Shown: positions 29,004-37,468 of the stretch, one piece after another | Layout of the letters: every line of letters begins with the position of its first letter | How positions within the stretch are numbered: the first letter of the stretch is position 1 | Origin: Thermodesulfobacteriota bacterium | GTDB taxonomy: Bacteria > Desulfobacterota > QYQD01 | Reading direction: 5' to 3' | NCBI GenBank assembly: GCA_040755415.1 | Contig: JBFMAZ010000013.1 | Span: 10,877-74,876 of the forward strand | Length of the DNA stretch: 64,000 nucleotides | The notes under the pieces: model-generated | Told to the model about the DNA's origin: nothing | Database searches by the model: none | The model's input: the letters and a program-made list of their open reading frames with translations, nothing else | Made by a program: the position numbers and the translations under genes

Positions 29004-31391
29004 TTAGTTCTCAATTGTACCTATGGACTGAAGTGCGGTCCGGGCCTCTTTAAAAAGGGGATTAACCTTAAGCGCCTTTTGCCATTTTCTCCTAGCCTCA
29101 GCTATGTGTCCCATTTTTTCATAAACCAGGCCCAGATGATAGTAGATTTCGTGATCTTTTTTCATCCGTTGCTGTGCTTCTTTAAGATGGTGGAGGGCTT
29201 GGGGATAATTATTTTTGAGATAATAAATCCGCCCTACTGTCTTCCAATAGAGGCTGTTTTGGTGATCGAGTTCGAGCGCTTTTTGACATAATGTATGGGC
29301 AATTTCCAGGTCGTTTTTTAGTTCAGCATAAAGCATACCCAACCAACTGAAGGAAAAGGCGTCAGCAGGGTTGCTCTTGACCGCCCTTTTAAATGCAGCC
29401 ATAGCATCTTTTTTTAGATTCAAGCCGAGATAAGCCTCACCCAGGTATCGGTATATATACCCCTTAGCATCCGGGCACTTCGCTGCTTTTTGAAAATAAC
29501 CAACGGCCTCCGTCCCTCTTTTCTGTTCTTGCAATAACTTTCCCATCTGAAAGAGGATCTCAAAATGATTCCCATTTAATGAAGCCGCCTGTTGCAGGGC
29601 CAAAAAGGCCTTGTCCGGGATGCCGGTTTTGAGATAGGCCAAACCCAGATTGTATTGGGCCATAAAATTATCTTTTTCCAGGGACAGGGTCTTCTCAAAA
29701 CAGGAAATGGCCCTTTTATACCATTTAAGCCGGGCATAGCAAACGCCCAGGCTATTTAAGAGATTGACGTCTTGCGGATCGAGGGACAGCCCCTTTTTAT
29801 ATTCCATTATGGCGCCATGGATATGGCCTGCATTGAAGAGCATATCCCCGCTTATATTGAGACTTACGGCATTAAAGGCGGTAATGGTGTCCGGGCCAAA
29901 GAAATCAGTATGTACAAGCGCCTTGTAGGCGTTAAAAGGGATCTCCTCTTTTTCATAATTGAGCGCCGGATAGCCGGCCAGGCCCATAGATACGGTCCTG
30001 CCGCACTCTTCCTTGATCTGAGATTTCAAATGCTTTCCTGCAAGAAGGGCCTCTTCCGGGCTAATATCCGGCAGGTAAATGAAAAAGGAGTCCTCAGTAC
30101 ACGGAAGGATCGACTGCCCCGGCGATAACCAGGAGTTTATCTTTTCCAGAAAAGGACTATAATCCCCTCCCCCATCCCGGGCGTCATATCTTGCCAATAT
30201 CAAGGAAAACTTCTTTGTTTTTCTCCACTTCCTTCCCAGTTTATCCGTAACCCGATGAATATTTACTGCCATTTTAAGGCTGATGGTCTCTTCGAGCTCC
30301 CGGGAAAAACAAAGAGGATAATCGAACCTGCCTTTGGCGACGGCCAGAGTCTCTTTACCTTTCTCGATAATAAGATCATATAACTTTTCTGGCGGCAGAT
30401 TCCGGCATTTTTCGTCTGAAAATCCCCCCAACCCCCCTTTACTAAAGGGGGGTGAGGGGGGATTATTTTCATTGTCCTTTGTGTCACTACACGACTTGTG
30501 TGTTTCGTTGCTGTTTATCGGATAGGTCAAAAGCCCTATAGCCGCCTTAATCCCATCCTTAAGGCGTCTTTTATTAAAAAGTTCAAATATAGCCAGACTT
30601 ATATTGCGGCCTCTCTCCTCATCACAAAAGGGCAGGACCAGGGCTAGGGTTGACTTATCTCTGCGGAACAGGCAGGAAAGAGCGATGCCTTTCAGCTCAT
30701 TTTTTATGGCCGGGATAATATCCGCCCAGAATTCACTGCGGCGGCCCGGTTTAAGGCTCGGGTTAGGGCGGCGCTTTAATGGATGATTAAAGAGTATCTC
30801 CATGAAAATTATTGAAAAGTTGGTATGCAAAGCAGGCAAATCCGGAAAGCCCTCTAGTTCGGATACAGGTTTGGTATCCCTGCCCTTCTGGCCCGTAGTT
30901 ATAAGCCGGATAAGGGTATCTTTAAAAAGTCCCGGGGCTAGTGCGCCGCTTTCCGCATCCGTAAAATAGGTCTTATATACCCGGACTTTTTCCAGGATTA
31001 ATTGGCTGAGCTTCGACCATTGGCTGGATAGTATATCTTTGTCAAATGTCCCGTCTGTATCTTTAAGTACAGCTATGCCGAGGGGCTTATTTTGCCATAT
31101 AAAAGGCAAGGATACGGAGTCGGTGTTTTTTTCAACGACAGGGACACTATTTGAAAAGACCTCTTTTATCTGAAAATCCCCCCATCCCCCCTTTAGCAAA
31201 GGGGGGTGAGGGGGGATTATTTTCATTTTGCTTTCGGTAATCAGGGGGCTAAGGATATCCGGCGCACAGTTCGCAGGCCAAAGGAGTACATCCTGGGCCT
31301 GAAAGAGAAGGCTTAAGTCATTCCTTATATCTTCCTGGAAAAGGAATATATCCTGTGGTTCTAATGAAGCTATGGAGGGCCTTTTTTCCAT
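29004..31391 (-). CDS. TPR-repeat protein (C-terminal ~300 aa of TPRs) with N-terminal uncharacterised region carrying two in-frame palindromic-element insertions
   Basis: Multiple 34-aa TPR-like repeats (…AISCFEKTLSLEKDNFMAQYNLGLAYLKTG…); insertions at 30422-30463 and 31177-31217 translated as NNPPSPPFSKGGLGGFSD and KIIPPHPPLLKGGWGDFQ. Confidence 0.75.
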   Translation of the reverse strand: MEKRPSIASLEPQDIFLFQEDIRNDLSLLFQAQDVLLWPANCAPDILSPLITESKMKIIPPHPPLLKGGWGDFQIKEVFSNSVPVVEKNTDSVSLPFIWQNKPLGIAVLKDTDGTFDKDILSSQWSKLSQLILEKVRVYKTYFTDAESGALAPGLFKDTLIRLITTGQKGRDTKPVSELEGFPDLPALHTNFSIIFMEILFNHPLKRRPNPSLKPGRRSEFWADIIPAIKNELKGIALSCLFRRDKSTLALVLPFCDEERGRNISLAIFELFNKRRLKDGIKAAIGLLTYPINSNETHKSCSDTKDNENNPPSPPFSKGGLGGFSDEKCRNLPPEKLYDLIIEKGKETLAVAKGRFDYPLCFSRELEETISLKMAVNIHRVTDKLGRKWRKTKKFSLILARYDARDGGGDYSPFLEKINSWLSPGQSILPCTEDSFFIYLPDISPEEALLAGKHLKSQIKEECGRTVSMGLAGYPALNYEKEEIPFNAYKALVHTDFFGPDTITAFNAVSLNISGDMLFNAGHIHGAIMEYKKGLSLDPQDVNLLNSLGVCYARLKWYKRAISCFEKTLSLEKDNFMAQYNLGLAYLKTGIPDKAFLALQQAASLNGNHFEILFQMGKLLQEQKRGTEAVGYFQKAAKCPDAKGYIYRYLGEAYLGLNLKKDAMAAFKRAVKSNPADAFSFSWLGMLYAELKNDLEIAHTLCQKALELDHQNSLYWKTVGRIYYLKNNYPQALHHLKEAQQRMKKDHEIYYHLGLVYEKMGHIAEARRKWQKALKVNPLFKEARTALQSIGTIEN
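30422..30463. repeat. 42-bp GC-rich palindrome inserted in-frame in TPR gene (copy 2)
   Basis: ATCCCCCCAACCCCCCTTTACTAAAGGGGGGTGAGGGGGGAT; near-perfect inverted repeat with central TTTACTAAA. Confidence 0.75.
31177..31217. repeat. 42-bp GC-rich palindrome inserted in-frame in TPR gene (copy 1)
   Basis: ATCCCCCCATCCCCCCTTTAGCAAAGGGGGGTGAGGGGGGAT. Confidence 0.75.
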
Positions 31392-31397
31392 GTTGGC

Positions 31398-32816
31398 TTA
31401 CTCCGAAAGGACTGTTTTGATGGCTTCGACAATATGTGGAATTTCTTCCGTGCTCACTGTGCGCATGTCTATGATAAATTGATCGTTTTCAATACGGCCG
31501 ATGACCGGGCGAGGAAGGCTTCGCATCCTGGCCTCCAGTTCTGTGACGGAAAATCCCCTTGGCCTGACGGCTACGGCCCGGCTGGGCAATTTCTGAAGCG
31601 GCAGTGCCCCCCCGCCTACCTGGGAATCAACATCTATAACCTGCAACGAAAGATGCTCCACGGCTATCTTTGTCAGGCGGCGGTAAAGCTGCAATGCCTT
31701 TCGGTTGATTTCAGAGATGGGCATGGTCAATAAATGTAGTGTAGGTATCTGCTTGACGGCCTCTTCCTCGTCAAGGTACAACCTTAACGTGGCCTCCAGG
31801 CTGGCCAGAGTTAACTTGTCGATTCTTAGCGCCCTATTCAGGGGATTACTTCGGATCTGTCTGACAAATTTATCCCGGCCCAGGATGATACCGGCCTGGG
31901 GCCCTCCCAGTAATTTGTCCCCGCTAAAGGTCACTATATCTGCCCCGGCCTGGAGCGCTTCCTGGACGGTGGGCTCTTTAAGCAGCCCGTAGCGGGAAAG
32001 ATCGGCAAAACATCCGCTCCCCAAGTCCTCCACCACTGGAAGACCATGTCTTTTACCCAGCGCCACCATATCCGCTAATGGAACCTCAGAAGTAAAGCCC
32101 AATATGTGGAAGTTGCTGGTATGGACCTTCATTAGAAAGGCCGTACTCTCAGTTATAGCCCGTTCATAATCTGTCAAATGGGTTCGGTTGGTCGTGCCCA
32201 CCTCCACCAGTTGTGCCCCGCTCCTGGCCATTATATCCGGGATGCGGAAGGATCCCCCAATTTCTACCAACTGCCCGCGGGAGACAATAACCTCTTTGCC
32301 CCTGGCCAGGGTATCAAGTACCAGGAGCACGGCCGCCGCGTTATTATTGACGACGAGAGCGGCCTCGGCGCCGGTCAACCGGCGGAGTATCTCTTCCACA
32401 TGCACATACCGGCTGCCGCGCTGCCCGGCAGACAGGTCAAATTCGAGGTTTGAGTAGCCGGCAGCGACGGTGTTCATCTGGTCAACCGCTGCGTCCGCTA
32501 ATAATGACCGGCCGAGGTTGGTGTGGATGACCACTCCCGTGGCGTTTATAAGTGGGCGGAGACTGGGCCGGCCAGCCTGACTTAAAAATTCCTTTAACGA
32601 TTCCGTGATATTGTCCAGAGAGGTATCCACGTGGGATGCCTGACTATTTGCGGCCAGGATTTGGCCGCGGATTTTTTCCAATACCTGGCGGATGACGGAT
32701 ACCACCAGGCGGCGGGGATATTTTTCAAGTAATGATTGTGTCTCTGAAAGAGATAATATTTCATCTACCGGAGGGATGCTTCGTAGCAGGTTATTGGTAT
32801 CTTCCCTGGATGGCAT
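31398..32816 (-). CDS. selA: L-seryl-tRNA(Sec) selenium transferase
   Basis: ...INATGVVIHTNLGRSLL... PLP-lysine region ...FSGDKLLGGPQAGII...; 472 aa. Confidence 0.9.
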   Translation of the reverse strand: MPSREDTNNLLRSIPPVDEILSLSETQSLLEKYPRRLVVSVIRQVLEKIRGQILAANSQASHVDTSLDNITESLKEFLSQAGRPSLRPLINATGVVIHTNLGRSLLADAAVDQMNTVAAGYSNLEFDLSAGQRGSRYVHVEEILRRLTGAEAALVVNNNAAAVLLVLDTLARGKEVIVSRGQLVEIGGSFRIPDIMARSGAQLVEVGTTNRTHLTDYERAITESTAFLMKVHTSNFHILGFTSEVPLADMVALGKRHGLPVVEDLGSGCFADLSRYGLLKEPTVQEALQAGADIVTFSGDKLLGGPQAGIILGRDKFVRQIRSNPLNRALRIDKLTLASLEATLRLYLDEEEAVKQIPTLHLLTMPISEINRKALQLYRRLTKIAVEHLSLQVIDVDSQVGGGALPLQKLPSRAVAVRPRGFSVTELEARMRSLPRPVIGRIENDQFIIDMRTVSTEEIPHIVEAIKTVLSE

Positions 32817-32837
32817 GTTTTAACTAGGCGTAACTCC

Positions 32838-33608
32838 TTAGCCCTTAGAAACAGTCATTGATCCCGAACGTTCCGATTGCTGTTCAAGTTGGCCGACCTT
32901 ATTAACATAAGAGCTTATACGGTCTCTATCTTCGGTTTTCAGACCTATAAATTGTAGTCCAGCCATTACTATCTTTTTATCTCCTTCCGTCCCCAGGCTT
33001 GACCATACCACCTGGCAATCCGTTTCAATAGGAAGGCTTTCGCCCGGAAGATTGAAGCGTACTGCACATCTCGCCCCCACAGACACCGGGTCATCAACTC
33101 TTACCAGTAAGCCGCCTCCTCCTATATTGACGGCATAAGCCTTGGCGAAATCCCGGCCGGATTTGAATTGAATGTCCAGGGTCTTCGCTGCACGTTGATC
33201 CTGGCGGCCGGAAAATGCGCTAATTCTAGCAGTCGTTTCACGCAGACGTTTTACCAAGGCCCTGAATACCATGCGCATATCCTGCGACAGTTTATTATAT
33301 TCATGGTCCAGGAGATCACGGTCCACGATACCTAGGGAGACGTTACCCCTGGCTATGGCCGAGGCGGAGCGCGGCGTTTTATCGACAAAACTCATTTCTC
33401 CAAAGACGTCGCCTTCTTTTAGGGTCTCTACGATAACCTTTTGCCCCCGGCAATATTTTGAGATTTCAACCTGGCCAGATAAGATCACATAGATCCAATC
33501 TCCGTAACTTCCCTCTTTAAATATATAGTCTCCGTCTTTAAACTGCATTTCATTCACAATGGAAAGCATGGGCTTCTTTTGCTCCTTGAGGGTTAAAGAC
33601 CAAAGCAC
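32838..33608 (-). CDS. Cyclic-nucleotide-binding (cNMP) domain fused to C-terminal PilZ-like domain; start uncertain (GTG 33608 or ATG 33569)
   Basis: cNMP: ...FKDGDYIFKEGSYGDWIYVILSGQVEIS...GEMSFVD...RSASAIA...; C-terminus has PilZ-like ...NIGGGGLLVRVDD...VRFNLPG... pattern. Confidence 0.7.
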   Translation of the reverse strand: MLWSLTLKEQKKPMLSIVNEMQFKDGDYIFKEGSYGDWIYVILSGQVEISKYCRGQKVIVETLKEGDVFGEMSFVDKTPRSASAIARGNVSLGIVDRDLLDHEYNKLSQDMRMVFRALVKRLRETTARISAFSGRQDQRAAKTLDIQFKSGRDFAKAYAVNIGGGGLLVRVDDPVSVGARCAVRFNLPGESLPIETDCQVVWSSLGTEGDKKIVMAGLQFIGLKTEDRDRISSYVNKVGQLEQQSERSGSMTVSKG

Positions 33609-34539
33609 CTATCCTTAACGTAAAAGATTATTTAGTAGCCCTATAAATGGGAATATTTCTTTGTTGAATTGGTACGTTACTCATTTTACATAGGTATGTC
33701 AAGATGTTATCACTTTTATGAGTGCCGGAAGGCATAATCTATCCCTCAAGACCTTAGTATTATTGAAGACATGCAAGAAGTGCCGGAGGGATAACCTATG
33801 GCCTGAATTTCGTGTTACGGTTTATATGCTGTAGAATTTGGTCGTAAATTCTGCTAGGATGTGACGGTGAGATCCGCCTCCGGCGGCATGGGACACGGCC
33901 TGGGTAACGCGCTGCAAGGCATATTAACCATAAGGAATTGTTTGACAATGGACAACGGCAGGATTCGCAAAAGAGATTCGGCAAGGCTGGTGTGGGATAG
34001 TAAGCCCCGCCGTGCGCCGAATCCCAAAGATATAGAGTTTCAGACCGCAGAGGTGGTCATCCTCAACCCTGTACATAGAGGACAGCTCCCTTTATCATTT
34101 AAAGACGGAATCTTGGGTGAGGCGGACATTGACAAGCAGAAGATGAACCGGCTCATCTGGGGTGACAACCTCCTGGCTATGCAGGCCCTGTTGGCCCAGG
34201 GATATGAAGGGAAGATAAACCTTATCTATATCGACCCGCCCTTTGACTCCAAGGCTGATTATTCCCACAAAATGACCATTCCCACTAATCCCTCTGGGAG
34301 AGGGCAGGGTGAGGGTCTTGAATTCACCAAAGAACCCTCGGTCATAGAGCGTCTCGCCTACAAAGACACCTGGGCCGGAGGCACGGACTCTTACCTTGAT
34401 ATGCTCTATCCCAGATTGCAGTTGATGAAAAGGCTGCTGGCAGAGGATGGGAGTATATATGTGCATACAGATTGGCATGTAGGGCATTATGTGAAGGTGC
34501 TGATGGATGAGGTGTTTGGGAAGGAAAATTTTATTAGCG

Positions 34540-34701
34540 GTAACACGTTAGCTGTTTGAAAAGAGCTAGTCGTCCAGAAAACGGCGCCTCGAAAATCCCC
34601 CTTAATCCCCCTTTTTCAAAGGGGGAAATGTTTCTCCTCCCTTTGGAAAAGGGAGGTTGGGAGGGATTTTAAAATACTTTTTCAAACAGCTAAACTGATA
34701 C
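34540..34701. mobile_element. MITE copy 2 (162 bp) inserted in mod; 8-bp flanking direct repeat TATTAGCG
   Basis: TIRs GTAACACGTTAGCTGTTTGAAAAG / CTTTTTCAAACAGCTAAACTGATAC. TATTAGCG at 34532-34539 and 34702-34709. Confidence 0.85.
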
Positions 34702-35665
34702 TATTAGCGAAATAGTATGGAAACGAACTGGCGCGAGGTCGATGTCAAAATATATTAATGCGATTCATGACGCAATTTACATTTATGCAAGAAATATCAA
34801 CAAAATGCTGTGGAACGGATATGTTACTGACTTTTCTGATGAGTATAAAAAGCGTTATTACAGGAATAAGGATGAACGTGGTAGATATTTTCAAGATACC
34901 TCTTTGATAGCTCCGGGCGAAGGATATTTATATGAGTGGAAAGGTATTGCAAAGCGCTGGAGATACAAAAAAGAAAAGATGGAGGAATTAGAAAAAGAAG
35001 GGAGACTTATCTATACAAATAAAGGGGGTGCCAGATATAAAAGATATTTAGATGAAATGCCCGGAGTTGCTCCTCAAGATATATGGTTAGACATCCCGCC
35101 TGTAAACTCACAGGCTTTAGAAGATACTAATTTTGACACCCAAAAACCCGAAGCCCTCCTCGAACGCATCATCAAAGCATCTTCCAATGAGGGCGATCTT
35201 GTCGCTGACTTTTTTAGCGGCTCAGGCACAGCACTTGCTGTTGCGGAAAAACTTAACCGTCGCTGGATTGGCTGCGAGCTTGGGAAGGTGGGCATACAGG
35301 TCACCCGCGCAAGGCTTGTAGAACAGCAGGCCAGGCCCTTCCTTATTGAGAACATAGGCAACTATCAAAGGGAGATGATCTATCTCACCGGCGGCAGGAT
35401 TTATGAGATGCAGCATCTCATCCTCAAGCTTTACGGCGCAACTCCCCGTGATAAATTAAGCGGACTTGGGATAAGAAAGGGTGAAGACGGCATAGAGGAG
35501 CTGGTTTATGTTGGTTACCCGGACCGGCCGGTTACCGCAAGCAAGGCGGAGGAACTGGCCATCCAGGCGCAAAAACTAGACGGCAGGGGCTATAAGAGAC
35601 TCATAATCCTGGGCTGGGATTATGAATACAACTATCATCAGGCGCTTGAATCAAGAAAGAAGGCA

Positions 35666-35707
35666 ATCCCCCCTCACCCCCCTTTACCAAAGGGGGTAAG
35701 GGGGGAT
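35666..35707. repeat. 42-bp GC-rich palindrome inserted in-frame in mod (encodes IPPHPPLPKGVRGD)
   Basis: ATCCCCCCTCACCCCCCTTTACCAAAGGGGGTAAGGGGGGAT. Confidence 0.75.
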
Positions 35708-36294
35708 TTTGTTGAGGTTATAAGCCGGGACATCCCGCCGGATATATACGATTATTTAAAAAAGGCAAGGACAGAGGAAGACATCGAAGCCCTTTCAGAC
35801 AAGGTTACCTTCTATGAAAGGCCATACCTGAAGATGGATGAACCAAGGATAAGCGATTTAAAAGACGGCAAGGTTGAGATTAGCCTGTCCATGAAACGCT
35901 ACGTCCTAATGGACATTCCCATAAGCCAGACCTCCAAGAAAGGGCAGGAAGACTATGCCGCCCTGATGAAGATAGCAAAGGATAATTTTGCGGTGCTTAT
36001 CGACTACTGGGCGGTTGACTGGGACTATGACGGTTTTACCTTCAAGAGCCAGTGGCGGGCATTCCGGGGCAACGGCAAAAAGGCCAGGACCGTTACCACC
36101 GAGGCAAAGGAGATTTTGGAAAAGAAAAGACGCATGATTGCTGTGAGGGTGGTGGATATATTCGGGAATGATGCCGGGGCTACGGTTGATTTACAATCCT
36201 GAAATAAGCAAGGGGATTATTGCATGATTTATGCGTAATCTGCAATAAGGGCCGATGTTATTGCAATATTCATCAATAAGCAAAAGAGGCTGGT

Positions 36295-37467
36295 GTGAAC
36301 CCAAAGGATTTTAAAAGTTCACCGTCAGGTGAGTGTATAAAGACTTTAAGAGACTATTGGGCGTTCATTCCTCATCCATTACCCCCTTTAATCAATTATA
36401 ACAAGGGCCTAATTCGCCTGCTCTCCGAGGCGGACCGGTTGCTGGGAGAATTATCGGGAACAGGTAGATTATTGCCTAATCCTTACCTCCTCATTGCGCC
36501 ATACAGCCGTCGTGAAGCGGTGTCAAGTTCAAGGATAGAAGGGACTCAGGCCTCTCTTAGTGATCTATTTTTCTTTGAAGCCGCAGAATTTGAGGAACCC
36601 AAAGTACCTGATGTCCGGGAAGTGCGTAATTATGTTCGAGCCATGGAATATGGGGTCGAGCGGCTAAAAGATCTGCCGGTTTCGGTAAGGCTAATTAAAG
36701 AGATACATAAAATTCTAATGAAGAATGTAAGAGGTGAGCACGCCACCCCTGGAGAACTCCGATGTAGCCAAAACTGGATAGGCCCACCGGGATGTACTCT
36801 TAACGAAGCTAAGTACGTTCCCCCGCCTGTTGAAGAAATGCACCAGGCATTAAGTAAGTGGGAAAAATATCTTCATTCAAGTGCTGATGAGCCTCCATTG
36901 ATTCAGTGTGCCTTGTTACACTACCAGTTCGAAGCAATCCATCCTTTTCTTGACGGCAATGGCCGTATTGGGAGACTTTTAATAACCTTTTTTCTTCTTG
37001 AAAAAGGATGCCTGACCCAACCTTTGCTTTATCTATCGGCATTTTTTGATAAATTCAGAGAGGAATATTATTCCAAGCTTCTTGCCGTAAGCCAAAAAGG
37101 AGATTGGCGGGGTTGGATTGAATTCTTTTTGCGCGGCGTAGCAAATCAAGCAAATGATGCTATAGCAGATGCAAAAAAAATCCTTGAACTACATGCTGAA
37201 TATCAAAAAGTCCTCAAGAGAACTAAAAAGGTTCCTGAATCTGCCCATCGGTTAATAGATGAGCTTTTTGTAAATCCTGTTATTTCGATCTCCCATTTGA
37301 GCAAAAAATGGAATATTTCGTTTAATTCTATAAAAACAGGCGTGTCAAGACTTATTGCAGTTGGCATTCTTCGTGAAGCCACAGAAAGAAAAAGACACAG
37401 ACTTTTTATTGCCCCTAGATTAATGGAACTTTTGACGGCTACGGATAAAAGGGAAACAGTAAAATAG
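36295..37467 (+). CDS. Fic-family protein (Fic_N + Fic core HPFLDGNGRIGR + C-terminal wHTH)
   Basis: Canonical Fic motif HPFxDGNGRxxR; GTG start with AAGAGG SD; stop overlaps res start. Confidence 0.85.
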   Translation: MNPKDFKSSPSGECIKTLRDYWAFIPHPLPPLINYNKGLIRLLSEADRLLGELSGTGRLLPNPYLLIAPYSRREAVSSSRIEGTQASLSDLFFFEAAEFEEPKVPDVREVRNYVRAMEYGVERLKDLPVSVRLIKEIHKILMKNVRGEHATPGELRCSQNWIGPPGCTLNEAKYVPPPVEEMHQALSKWEKYLHSSADEPPLIQCALLHYQFEAIHPFLDGNGRIGRLLITFFLLEKGCLTQPLLYLSAFFDKFREEYYSKLLAVSQKGDWRGWIEFFLRGVANQANDAIADAKKILELHAEYQKVLKRTKKVPESAHRLIDELFVNPVISISHLSKKWNISFNSIKTGVSRLIAVGILREATERKRHRLFIAPRLMELLTATDKRETVK

Positions 37468-37468
37468 G

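Larger units (their letters stand above)
33861..36202 (+). pseudogene. mod: Type III R-M DNA methyltransferase (Mod, beta-class N6A/N4C MTase) split into two ORFs (33861-34559 and 34742-36202) by MITE insertion
   Basis: Part 1 has motif IV LIYIDPPFDS; part 2 has motif I DLVADFFSGSGTALAVAE and FDTQKPEALLERII. Split exactly at MITE 34540-34701, with in-frame TGA inside the MITE. Part 2 also carries an in-frame palindrome (35666-35707). Confidence 0.8.

Noticed and set aside
30263-30487. 74-aa ORF MTQRTMKIIPPHPPLVKGGWGDF...
   Set aside because: It lies entirely inside the TPR gene in another frame and is generated by the palindromic insert; spurious.
33609-33860. Short direct repeats AGTGCCGGA(A/G)GG.ATAA.CTAT x2 in PilZ-mod divergent spacer as operator
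   Set aside because: Only two imperfect copies; it could equally be island-boundary debris, and there is no supporting regulator gene.
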